This document shows positions 51,770-61,720 of a stretch of DNA of 64,000 nt, one piece after another. This stretch comes from Pedobacter sp. (lineage in GTDB: Bacteria; Desulfobacterota; Desulfuromonadia; Desulfuromonadales; Syntrophotaleaceae). Where the stretch lies: NCBI GenBank assembly GCA_050253415.1, contig JBFWJC010000002.1, positions 416,001-480,000 on the forward strand, given 5' to 3'. The notes beneath the pieces were generated by a model. The model saw only the letters and a list, made by a program, of their open reading frames with translations, was not told the origin of the DNA and did no database searches. Numbering within the stretch: the stretch's first letter is position 1; the number at the start of each line of letters is the position of its first letter. A program made the position numbers and the translations under genes.

Positions 51770-52594
51770 TCAGGATTTTTTCAGTCGGATGCCGTCGCCG
51801 GTCAGCTCGATGCGGCCGGCTTTGTAGAGTCCGCCGACGGCCTTCTTGAAGGCTTTTTTGCTCATGCCCAGCTGCTTTTGGATGACATCGGCAGGGCTCT
51901 GGTCGTGCAGGGGCAAAAAGCCGGTTTTGGACAATTTCTCCAGCAGCGTGGCCTGGGCCTGTTCGGTGCCGGCCTTGCCGACGAAATGCAGAGTGACGTC
52001 GAGCTTGCCATCGGGGCGGATGGTTTTGATAAAGCCCTTGAAGGTGTCGCCGGGTTGCATTCCGGGTCGGATTTCATCGCGGTACAGCAGCGCTACGTAG
52101 CGATGATTGACGATCATCTTGACGCCGAGGTCGGTGAACTGCCAGAGCAGCATCTCCACCGGTTGACCTACCTGCAGCTCGGTCGTGTCCTCATCCAGCC
52201 AGCGGTCGATGCGGCCGGTGGCAAAGCAGCGCCCCTGGTCGTCGAGACAGACCCGTACAATATGATATTCACCTTCGCGCATGCGTTTCGGCTGCTCGTT
52301 GAAGGGGATCAGCAGTTCCTTTTCCATGCCCCATTCGAGGAAGGTACCTTGCTGGCCAGCCTGATTGACCCTCAGCAGGGCGAATTGGCCGACATGGGCA
52401 AAGGGCAGGCGCGTCGTAGCAAGAGGCTCGCCGGCGTGGAGGTACAAAAACACCTCCACGGAGCCTCCGGGGCGGGCGCCATCCGGTATTTGTCGCGACG
52501 GCAGCAGCACCAGCGTCTCGCCGGTCTGCAGCCAGGCGCCGCGTTGATCGATATGGTCGATGGTCAGGGTTTGAACCCGGCCGATTTCCAGCAT
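51770..52594 (-). CDS. CvfB family S1-domain RNA-binding protein
   Basis: VFLY, FLEWGMEKELL.P..EQ, IRPDGKLD, GMSKKAFKKAVGGLYK winged helix. Confidence 0.92.
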   Translation of the reverse strand: MLEIGRVQTLTIDHIDQRGAWLQTGETLVLLPSRQIPDGARPGGSVEVFLYLHAGEPLATTRLPFAHVGQFALLRVNQAGQQGTFLEWGMEKELLIPFNEQPKRMREGEYHIVRVCLDDQGRCFATGRIDRWLDEDTTELQVGQPVEMLLWQFTDLGVKMIVNHRYVALLYRDEIRPGMQPGDTFKGFIKTIRPDGKLDVTLHFVGKAGTEQAQATLLEKLSKTGFLPLHDQSPADVIQKQLGMSKKAFKKAVGGLYKAGRIELTGDGIRLKKS

Positions 52595-52706
52595 GTTGTA
52601 TCTCCTCAGAGGGGTTGTGCTTCGGGTACGGGCAGAACATCATGCCCACTTTAAAATAAAGCATGCGCAGAAGTGCGGAGAAAAGCAAGTCCGGTTCTGC
52701 AAAGAG

Positions 52707-52732
52707 CAAGGGGCCGCTGATGCGGCCCCTTG
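52707..52732 (-). terminator. Hairpin downstream of purB
   Basis: CAAGGGGCCGC-TGAT-GCGGCCCCTTG. Confidence 0.7.
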
Positions 52733-52762
52733 TTGTTTTATCCATGGGATGAGCTGTTAGCT

Positions 52763-54151
<1,389 letters not shown>

Positions 54152-54329
54152 CTATAGACGGACTGGCCGGATTCTGCAAGGTTTTTGGGCATAGTAGCGG
54201 GGTGGTGGTAAAAACGCTTACTGTGCTTTATGAACTGTAATATTAAAGATATTGTTTAATGTTGACACTCTTAATTATAGAGGAGTAAAAATATGTATCA
54301 AATTATTGGATATGCCATGGAGGTCAGAG

Positions 54330-54588
54330 GATTCCGGCCGACATTACATTCACGAAACCCTTCTCCAGCGCGTCATTAAAGCATCCGTATTCAAATCTGA
54401 TATCGTCAAACGGATCGAGTGTCATACATTTCGCCACTCCTTTGCTACGCATTTGCTGGATGATGGTTACGATATTCGGACGATTCAGGATTTATTGGAT
54501 ATAGGGATATTAAGTACGACGATGGTCTATACTCATTTTCTCAATGGGGGGTGGGCACGGAGTACGTAGCCCGGTCGATGTCCTTTAA
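54330..54588 (+). pseudogene. intI: Integron integrase 3' remnant, truncated and frameshifted
   Basis: [12 protein letters not shown] (integron-specific helix), [31 protein letters not shown], then [11 protein letters not shown] in a shifted frame. LGH is corrupted and the N-terminal two-thirds or more is absent. Confidence 0.9.
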
Positions 54589-54694
54589 ACGGGCATATCC
54601 AATCTGTATATATCGGGGGGGGGTTCGGTGGTGATCGCTTAAGTAACTGGAATTAAATATAAAGCAACCGATGTGTAACAGTTTTGAAATTGTC

Positions 54695-54762
54695 TTATAT
54701 AGACAGATTATTGTCTATGTTTACAGTTTTATCCAGACTGCCTATTTATAGGTAAGCCAGAT
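54695..54762 (+). other. Putative degenerate attI region
   Basis: Direct repeats TTATATAGACAG / TTATCCAGACTG, then GGTAAGCCAGAT, which matches 9/12 the reverse complement of the first cassette's R'' end (ATGTGGCATAAC). Confidence 0.4.
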
Positions 54763-54771
54763 GAAGGAGAT

Positions 54772-55392
54772 ATGTCTTTGACATTAAAAGATTATTCTGA
54801 CTTAGCATCAATCTTTGGTTCACTTGCAGTTATCGGAGTTTTTGTTCAAGCAATTTTACTCAGAGGTCAAATAAAAAAAGACCACGAAAGGTCTCGACGC
54901 GAAAAATCTGTTGAGCTGCTGGGTCAATGGGCAAAACATCTCAAGCAAGATAGTTCTTTAGCTAGAAGAATTGTTGAAAGCTTGAATGAAGAGGAGAGTC
55001 GGAACCTATTCAATCAAGAAGAAACTAAGGTGGCAGTCAAATACGAGACATCACTCAGAAAGATTCTTGATCTTGGTGATGATGAACTTCATAAGCCAAA
55101 TGGAGAAGTAGTTCTAAATGCAGCCCAATCATCGAAGCTCCGTTGGCACGCAATGTCATATTTAAACATGCTTGAATCAATATTGGTTGCATGGCAATAC
55201 AGTATTGTTGATCGAGAAATAATTGAGCACCAATTTAGCTATCTGTTTTCTCCTGAGCAAGGCCATGCAGCCTTAAAATATTTCCGTACTGCAGCTGGTG
55301 GCGAAAATGCCTTTCCTGCAATTGAAATATTTGCAAATCATTTAGAAGAGAATCGTCGATTAATCCTAAAGCAGAAAGCAAATGTGGCATAA
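54772..55392 (+). CDS. Cassette gene 1: N-terminal TM protein (DUF4760-like)
   Basis: AAGGAG RBS, AT-rich, TM helix then YLN.LE motif; stop codon lies inside the attC R'' box. Confidence 0.75.
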   Translation: MSLTLKDYSDLASIFGSLAVIGVFVQAILLRGQIKKDHERSRREKSVELLGQWAKHLKQDSSLARRIVESLNEEESRNLFNQEETKVAVKYETSLRKILDLGDDELHKPNGEVVLNAAQSSKLRWHAMSYLNMLESILVAWQYSIVDREIIEHQFSYLFSPEQGHAALKYFRTAAGGENAFPAIEIFANHLEENRRLILKQKANVA

Positions 55393-55486
55393 CCATCTAA
55401 TCCAGAGGACGGAGTAGGCAGGCGTTGTTCTCGAAAATTTCGGTAGGTCGCGCAAGTCGCGTCGCCGCTTATCTCAACCGTTAGGG
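55387..55486 (+). other. attC site 1
   Basis: GCATAAC...imperfect palindrome...GTTAGGG, 100 bp. Confidence 0.8.
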
Positions 55487-55495
55487 CTACAAAAA

Positions 55496-56056
55496 ATGGA
55501 ACATTTCTCAGCAACATACGAAGGAAAAAAGCATAAGATTATTGTTGATGTGGGGTTTGAAGAACCTGATACCTCCAACAGTCATCGATGGGGCGGTCTT
55601 TCCTACGAGCTCAAACATATCTTCATAGATGTTTACATTGAAAATAACGAGAAATTAATACCTATTAAAGAAGTAGATCAATTTCGTAATGCTACCGGGC
55701 CCAAGGAAGTGTTTGTCCGTGGGTGGTTAAATGAGTCCAACAACGAATTACAAATAGAAAATATTCAAAAAGGCATTATCAATCCAGGGCAACACTTTTT
55801 ATTAAAAATTCTCAAAAAATTGATTGCTCTAAACAATAATACAAATTCTATATATTTAGCTAATGTAAATCACGGAAGCACACTTGAATTACTCAAAAAA
55901 GCACACGAATCAGGGCAACCACTAAGTCAAATAGAATCAGAAGCAAGGAAACCTCTTATGTTCGCTTTGGATCAATGTGGGTATACCAAGCATGAATTAG
56001 TTTTAGAAGGAACTTGTTTGTATGGAATTCGAGGCTTTAAATCAAATCTTCCCTAA
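55496..56056 (+). CDS. Cassette gene 2: hypothetical protein
   Basis: 186 aa, starts 9 bp after GTTAGGG and stops in CCCTAAC, its exact complement. Confidence 0.8.
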   Translation: MEHFSATYEGKKHKIIVDVGFEEPDTSNSHRWGGLSYELKHIFIDVYIENNEKLIPIKEVDQFRNATGPKEVFVRGWLNESNNELQIENIQKGIINPGQHFLLKILKKLIALNNNTNSIYLANVNHGSTLELLKKAHESGQPLSQIESEARKPLMFALDQCGYTKHELVLEGTCLYGIRGFKSNLP

Positions 56057-56125
56057 CAAGCGCATAAACGCGGACTGCAAAAGCTGCTTCGCAGCTTTTG
56101 CATCCGGTTATGCTTGGCGTTGGGA
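56051..56125 (+). other. attC site 2
   Basis: CCCTAACAAGCGCATAA...TGCAAAAGCTGC-TTC-GCAGCTTTTGCA...TTATGCTTGGCGTTGGGA, 75 bp. Confidence 0.9.
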
Positions 56126-56203
56126 GATGAGTGTTTTTAAACAATGATAAACACCACTGGCAACAATATTTCAGTTACGGGTCAATTTACAGTAAGAGGG
56201 GTA

Positions 56204-56470
56204 TCCGGGGACGTTCTTGCTTTATTGCATTAGCTGCCCAGGTGTATTTATAAAGTTCTAAAGCAAGAACTTCCCCGGACTCTCGTGCTTTTATTGTTTT
56301 CTGGCTGTGGCCAAACTGCGTTATTTGGGTGTAGAGGTCGGAAGGAGGCTTGGCATTTGCGGCTCTTCAGTGAGTCGGACAGTCAGTCGGGGTGACGAGC
56401 TGTTTCAATCCAATGTGGATCTTCAGGGGGGGTGGTCAGGTTGTTAATGCTCAAAAGCCAGAACGTCCTT
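56204..56470 (+). mobile_element. Deletion remnant A of a Y1-HUH (RAYT-like) element: inverted repeats plus C-terminal HTH fragment
   Basis: GGGGACGTTCTTGCTTTATTGCATTA (56207-32) vs TAATGCTCAAAAGCCAGAACGTCCTT (56445-70), 20/26 inverted. A third, inverted copy lies at 56259-79. 56295-56447 reads CFLAVAKLRYLGVEVGRRLGICGSSVSRTVSRGDE. Confidence 0.7.
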
Positions 56471-56512
56471 GGAGCCCCCCCAGACCATTAGGTGAAAATA
56501 TAAGGATCTATT

Positions 56513-57583
56513 ATGTTCTTTGCTGAAGAAAGCAACCTTAAATCCATCGGTGCTTTTTTACGAAAAGCCGAATCTTCGCACATTGAAGATGAAGTTAGAG
56601 CGAAAAGGTTGTCAATTGTTAAAGAATTGGTTGATTACATATACAAATATCCAGAGGGTTGGGATGATCGTTGCACTTTCAACATAAAACATATTGGAGA
56701 TCAATTCCTAAACTCATTACGCAACTTTGACCCTTCGAAACTCTCTGGTGTTGACAATATTTACTGCATGGCATATCGATTTCTCTGTGAGTTTGATTTT
56801 CTTGTGGGGGCTGGTAAAGAATTATCTATAGAGCTTAGATCAATAAAAAATCGAATCCAAGTAGATGCTGCTCAAATTGACGATGATGCACGTTCTCAAA
56901 TTATTTATGCATCTTATGTCATGCCAGCAAACATTGCGAAAGATTTCATTAATGATAGTAATATTGGAATTTTTAGGGATTTTGAAGCAAGGAAAAGTGA
57001 AGCGGAGAAATTGAAAGCTGAATGGGACAAAGAGTTAGAGCAGAAAAAGGCTGAAACAGAGAACTTAAAAGAAAAATTAGATGAATATAAAACAGCCTTT
57101 AATTTTGTCGGCTTGCATCAAGGATTCTCGAATTTATCGACGATAAAATATTCTGAAAGCAGAAGGTTGTTCTGGTCGTTAATCGCAATGGGTGTAGTGG
57201 TCCTAATACCATTGGCAGTCGAATTGTACTGTACTACTAACGGTTTGTTTGCAGGCAAAACATTGTCAACCGAAAATCTTATTACACTAATTCCGCTCAT
57301 ATCAGTCGAAGTCGTTCTAATATATTTTTTCCGAGTCATTTTATTGAATCATAGAACCGTTGGGGCACAAAAAATACAAATTGAGTTGAGAAAAACACTT
57401 TGTCAATTTATTCAAAGCTATGCGGATTATGCATCAAAAATAAAAAGCAAAGACAATCAATCCTTAGAGAAATTTGAAAATTTAATATTTAGTGGAATTC
57501 TTTCTGATCCAGAAAAGCTACCCAGCACCTTTGATGGTTTAGACCAGATTGGTGAATTAGTAAGAAAAGTCAAAAACTCATAA
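56513..57583 (+). CDS. Cassette gene 3: coiled-coil protein with two C-terminal TM helices
   Basis: 356 aa, AAGGA RBS, E/K-rich coiled coil, two hydrophobic helices; stop codon inside TCATAAC. Confidence 0.85.
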   Translation: MFFAEESNLKSIGAFLRKAESSHIEDEVRAKRLSIVKELVDYIYKYPEGWDDRCTFNIKHIGDQFLNSLRNFDPSKLSGVDNIYCMAYRFLCEFDFLVGAGKELSIELRSIKNRIQVDAAQIDDDARSQIIYASYVMPANIAKDFINDSNIGIFRDFEARKSEAEKLKAEWDKELEQKKAETENLKEKLDEYKTAFNFVGLHQGFSNLSTIKYSESRRLFWSLIAMGVVVLIPLAVELYCTTNGLFAGKTLSTENLITLIPLISVEVVLIYFFRVILLNHRTVGAQKIQIELRKTLCQFIQSYADYASKIKSKDNQSLEKFENLIFSGILSDPEKLPSTFDGLDQIGELVRKVKNS

Positions 57584-57668
57584 CAACACACTTCAGCGGA
57601 TGGCGTGAACGGTGGCGGCACTGACGCGACAGCTCAGGTTGCGCCACCGCTTAGTTGAGCCGTTAAGT
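57578..57668 (+). other. attC site 3
   Basis: TCATAACAACACACTTCAGCGGA...CGGTGGCG...CGCCACCGCTTAGTTGAGCCGTTAAGT, 91 bp. Confidence 0.8.
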
Positions 57669-57796
57669 CTATAAATCGTGGAGGTTATGGGGACGCCCAT
57701 GAAATTATGCGTTTCTTAGGATGTTATATCTCGGCAAGATTAGTAATAAGTATTGTGTGTTGCTTTGCCTGATAGGAAAATGGCATAATTCTAATC

Positions 57797-58332
57797 ATGC
57801 CACGTCAAGCCCGCATAGATGCACCAGGTGCGCTCCATCATATCATTTGTCGCGGCATGGAGCGGCAAGCGATCTTTCGCGATGATGTTGACCGGGGTGA
57901 CTTTGTATCATGCTTGCCGACAATCCTTTTAGATACATCCACCCAATGTTTTGCCTGGGCGCTGATCCCTAACCATTTTAACCTGTTGTTGCGAACGGGG
58001 AAAGCGCCGATTGCTCATGTCATACGCCGATTATTGACGGGTTACAGCGTTAAATTTAATCGCCGCCATCATCGATATGGGCACTTATTCCAGAATCGTT
58101 ACAAGTCAATATTGTGTCAGGAAGAACCTTATCTTCTGGAGTTGGTTCGTTATCTTCATCTTAACCCATTGCGTGCCGGCGTGGTGTCAACTTTGGGGGA
58201 TAATGAGGGACACTCCCCATATATTTTAGGCTTTTGGGAATGACTCAATCGGCAGTCAGCAGATCGGTTCAACGTGGACAAAAATTGGCCAAAGAAAAGG
58301 GGTGGCGTCTGGAGGAATGGGTAAACGCATAA
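57797..58332 (+). pseudogene. REP-associated tyrosine transposase (Y1 HUH), internally deleted
   Basis: MPRQARID.PG..HHI..RG..R..IF, PNHFNLL (HUH second His is Asn), GHLFQNRYKS, YLHLNPLRAG. The C-terminal LGMTQSAVSRSVQRG... (58234-58332) is in another frame. Confidence 0.88.
58202..58222 (+). repeat. 21-bp direct repeat, copy 1 (partner at 61026-61046)
   Basis: AATGAGGGACACTCCCCATAT vs AATGAGGGACACTTCCCATAT, 20/21. Confidence 0.85.
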
Positions 58333-58396
58333 TTTCATGGGCGTCCCCATTACCCATGCAGCTGTTAAACCATCTTGCGGATAGTGGATATTTGAA

Positions 58397-59254
58397 ATGA
58401 AAAAAAAGACCATAGCCATTATTACTGACAAGCCTAAATCAATATATAAAATTCCTTATCTGATAAGTCATTTAATACCCTGTTGGAGTGAGCGCGCATT
58501 CAATGTTGTCATTGGCACGAAATGGACACTTCCCAAAGCCGATATTGCTCTATTACACGTTGATGCAACAAAGGTTTCCCGTATTTATCAAATTATGTGC
58601 AAAAAATATCCGATTGTTTTAAATGGGAATTTTCTGGACAACTCGAAACAAAAGGTTAGCCGAAACCTTCTGTCTATGGGAGAAGATTACCATGGTCCTG
58701 TAATTATTAAAACTAATGGCAATTATGGCGGTTTTCTGGATATTCCTAAAAAGAAGCGTGATCATAGTCATATTATATTAAAAGAAACAACTGATATCAA
58801 ATCAGTAAAATGGAAATCCATTCAGGCTATAAGTCCTGGGAAATACCCAGTCCTTGAGCATCAGGCAGATATACCAAATGATGTTTGGAAAAACAAACGA
58901 TTAGTTGTTGAAAAATTCATACCAGAATACGACATGAATGGTTTGTATTGTTTAAGAGCTTGTTTCTTTTTTGGTGAAAAAGAAATCAATATGATGGTTA
59001 CCTCGACAGAGCCTGTCATAAAAGGTAACAATATTTGCAGCAGACAATTGGTAAATTCACCCGCTCCCGAACAGCTTCGAAACATTAGGGAAAAGTTGAA
59101 AATTGATTTTGGGCGTTTTGATTATGTTATGTCAGAGGGCAAGGTAGTGCTTTACGATGTCAATAAAACGGCGACAATGAGTCAGCAGGCCAGTATTGAA
59201 TGGGCAGATCAGGTTATTCGCCCATTGTCGCTTGGTATAGATGAATATTTATGA
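58397..59254 (+). CDS. Hypothetical protein with ATP-grasp-like motifs
   Basis: PVIIKTNGNYGG, LVVEKFIP, DFGRFDY....G..VLYDVNKT resemble ATP-grasp motifs. Confidence 0.7.
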   Translation: MKKKTIAIITDKPKSIYKIPYLISHLIPCWSERAFNVVIGTKWTLPKADIALLHVDATKVSRIYQIMCKKYPIVLNGNFLDNSKQKVSRNLLSMGEDYHGPVIIKTNGNYGGFLDIPKKKRDHSHIILKETTDIKSVKWKSIQAISPGKYPVLEHQADIPNDVWKNKRLVVEKFIPEYDMNGLYCLRACFFFGEKEINMMVTSTEPVIKGNNICSRQLVNSPAPEQLRNIREKLKIDFGRFDYVMSEGKVVLYDVNKTATMSQQASIEWADQVIRPLSLGIDEYL

Positions 59255-60271
59255 GGTCAGTTTGTGGAGAAATCTAATTGGAACACTGATATTGTTCATT
59301 CAAGAATCATGGATGGACCTGAGAAGAAGCGCTATGCTGCAGGCTCTCCAGATTCTCAAGAAATCAGCGTATTTAATACCCTGTTGGAGTGAGCGCGCAT
59401 TCAATGTTGTCATTGGCACGAAATGGACACTTCCCAAAGCCGATATTGCTCTATTACACGTTGATGCAACAAAGGTTTCCCGTATTTATCAAATTATGTG
59501 CAAAAAATATCCGATTGTTTTAAATGGGAATTTTCTGGACAACTCGAAACAAAAGGTTAGCCGAAACCTTCTGTCTATGGGAGAAGATTACCATGGTCCT
59601 GTAATTATTAAAACTAATGGCAATTATGGCGGTTTTCTGGATATTCCTAAAAAGAAGCGTGATCATAGTCATATTATATTAAAAGAAACAACTGATATCA
59701 AATCAGTAAAATGGAAATCCATTCAGGCTATAAGTCCTGGGAAATACCCAGTCCTTGAGCATCAGGCAGATATACCAAATGATGTTTGGAAAAACAAACG
59801 ATTAGTTGTTGAAAAATTCATACCAGAATACGACATGAATGGTTTGTATTGTTTAAGAGCTTGTTTCTTTTTTGGTGAAAAAGAAATCAATATGATGGTT
59901 ACCTCGACAGAGCCTGTCATAAAAGGTAACAATATTTGCAGCAGACAATTGGTAAATTCACCCGCTCCCGAACAGCTTCGAAACATTAGGGAAAAGTTGA
60001 AAATTGATTTTGGGCGTTTTGATTATGTTATGTCAGAGGGCAAGGTAGTGCTTTACGATGTCAATAAAACGGCGACAATGAGTCAGCAGGCCAGTATTGA
60101 ATGGGCAGATCAGGTTATTCGCCCATTGTCGCTTGGTATAGATGAATATTTATGAGGTCAGTTTGTGGAGAAATCTAATTGGAACACTGATATTGTTCAT
60201 TCAAGAATCATGGATGGACCTGAGAAGAAGCGCTATGCTGCAGGCTCTCCAGATTCTCAAGAAATCAGCGT
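58470..60271 (+). repeat. 901-bp tandem duplication (58470-59370 / 59371-60271)
   Basis: Constant 901 offset; translated ORF tracks are identical across the copies; 2-bp AT microhomology at the junction. Confidence 0.95.
59241..60155 (+). CDS. Chimeric second copy of the ATP-grasp-like gene, created by the duplication
   Basis: Identical from LIPCWSERA onward; the N-terminus comes from an off-frame read of the downstream gene's 5' region. Confidence 0.5.
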   Translation: MNIYEVSLWRNLIGTLILFIQESWMDLRRSAMLQALQILKKSAYLIPCWSERAFNVVIGTKWTLPKADIALLHVDATKVSRIYQIMCKKYPIVLNGNFLDNSKQKVSRNLLSMGEDYHGPVIIKTNGNYGGFLDIPKKKRDHSHIILKETTDIKSVKWKSIQAISPGKYPVLEHQADIPNDVWKNKRLVVEKFIPEYDMNGLYCLRACFFFGEKEINMMVTSTEPVIKGNNICSRQLVNSPAPEQLRNIREKLKIDFGRFDYVMSEGKVVLYDVNKTATMSQQASIEWADQVIRPLSLGIDEYL

Positions 60272-61001
60272 ATATGCGCGCTGTCTGCTTGCAAATAGCG
60301 GCCTTGGTGTTGTTCTTGGAATGACTCCGGAATTGCGAAATATGGCAGCAAGCCACTGTGAAAAATTGCTATCTATAGACCATAGTGAAGCATCCATCTC
60401 CACCTACAAGGATTGGTTGTCACCTGAGCTGAAAAACAAGGAGGAAATCATTTGTGGAGACTGGAGCGTCTTGGAAAACGCATTGCCTGCGCCACCTGAT
60501 TTCATTCTCGGAGACGGTATTTTTGGCAATGTCATTCCGCTTGAAAAATACTCAAGCCTTCTCCAGATAATCCGTTCGTCACTCGCCCCCCAGGGTTGCT
60601 TTGTTACCCGTCAATGTCTCATGCCTGACGAAGTTTTGGATAATCCACGTCGGCACCAGGATCTCCTTGAAAAATTTCGCCAGGAGATGTTGGACGAGGC
60701 GGGATTCGGTTTGAGTATGCGATTACACGGGTATGTTGATGTCGCTTATGACAAAAAAACGTGCTTACTTGATAATAGCAAGGTTTTTGCCAAGATCGAT
60801 GCCGATTATAAATCTGGTTTGCTTTCGTCATTGGAGTACCAGGTTGTACGGCGTTATCTTTTTAACGGGATAAACTCAATCCCACCCCAAGGTAAATGGG
60901 AAGAATTATTGAGGGAAAACGGATTTAAATTTAAGCAGCTAAATTGCCAAGGTAAATACTGGTATCACTACTATCCGATTTACTCTTGCCGACTTGCCTG
61001 A
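60165..61001 (+). CDS. Class I SAM-dependent methyltransferase-like protein
   Basis: VVLGMTPELR (motif I-like), SIDHS, ICGDW, DFILGDG, LAPQGCF; GAGG before the GTG start. Confidence 0.7.
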   Translation: MEKSNWNTDIVHSRIMDGPEKKRYAAGSPDSQEISVYARCLLANSGLGVVLGMTPELRNMAASHCEKLLSIDHSEASISTYKDWLSPELKNKEEIICGDWSVLENALPAPPDFILGDGIFGNVIPLEKYSSLLQIIRSSLAPQGCFVTRQCLMPDEVLDNPRRHQDLLEKFRQEMLDEAGFGLSMRLHGYVDVAYDKKTCLLDNSKVFAKIDADYKSGLLSSLEYQVVRRYLFNGINSIPPQGKWEELLRENGFKFKQLNCQGKYWYHYYPIYSCRLA

Positions 61002-61025
61002 TTCCAAATGGGATAGGCCGAGGTA

Positions 61026-61046
61026 AATGAGGGACACTTCCCATAT
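61026..61046 (+). repeat. 21-bp direct repeat, copy 2
   Basis: See 58202-58222; followed 14 bp later by an orphan GTTATGC core site (61061-67). Confidence 0.85.
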
Positions 61047-61090
61047 TTTGCTTAATTACAGTTATGCATACGAATATAAAAAGTAAATAT

Positions 61091-61582
61091 ATGACAAAAA
61101 CTATTTGTTTTATAGCGATATTCCTTGTTTGTGCTTCTCCTTTGTCTGCAGGCAACGGACCTTTAGCCATTCCTGCTAAAGAGTCAGATTTTATAGGCGT
61201 ATGGAGATTGATACTCAAAGATAATAAAGGAGCTAAACAGATTCTAAAAGAAGATCCCTGGCCAGCGAACTGTCAGTACTTCGGGCATTACAAAAATGGA
61301 ATATGGCTACACCAACAAGTGCATTTAGGTGAATGTAAATTGGCAATGCCAGAATTGGCGCCAAATTATCCTGAAAATGTCACATGGAAAATGGATAGAG
61401 ACGGAACTTTTATAATTACAAGGCCAGACGTAAAAATAAAAGAGCCGTGGAAAGTAGACGTCGTCACTAGAGATGCCCATTTAGGAAAAGTAAATCTAAA
61501 TAAGGGTGATTTGATAATGCAACTATATTTACCCGATAGGAAAGGCTTCATGTATTCACGCATTATGAGAAAAGTAAGGTGA
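61091..61582 (+). CDS. Cassette gene: exported hypothetical protein
   Basis: Signal peptide MTKTICFIAIFLVCASPLSA; FIGVWRL lipocalin-like motif; lies between GTTATGC and attC 4. Confidence 0.78.
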   Translation: MTKTICFIAIFLVCASPLSAGNGPLAIPAKESDFIGVWRLILKDNKGAKQILKEDPWPANCQYFGHYKNGIWLHQQVHLGECKLAMPELAPNYPENVTWKMDRDGTFIITRPDVKIKEPWKVDVVTRDAHLGKVNLNKGDLIMQLYLPDRKGFMYSRIMRKVR

Positions 61583-61620
61583 TTCTAACGTTGATTATGC
61601 TTACATTCTTTATTCCCAAT

Positions 61621-61700
61621 ACATAACAAGCACGTTGAGTCGGACTCACAAAAGTATCTCTTCTCTCTGTTTTTGCCGCCGCTCACGTATGTCGTTATGT
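61621..61700 (+). other. attC site 4
   Basis: ACATAACAAGCACGTTGAGTCGG...CCGCTCACGTATGTCGTTATGT, 80 bp. Confidence 0.85.
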
Positions 61701-61720
61701 GAAGAAAAAAATATAAAATA

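Larger units (their letters stand above)
57687..58350 (+). mobile_element. Y1-HUH (RAYT-like) element B bounded by perfect 28-bp inverted repeats
   Basis: ATGGGGACGCCCATGAAATTATGCGTTT (57687-714) and its exact reverse complement (58323-350). Confidence 0.9.

Noticed and set aside
54252..54569. Functional 105-aa recombinase
   Set aside because: The first 25 or so codons are unrelated AT-rich sequence, the N-terminal catalytic Arg region is missing, and LGH is corrupted.
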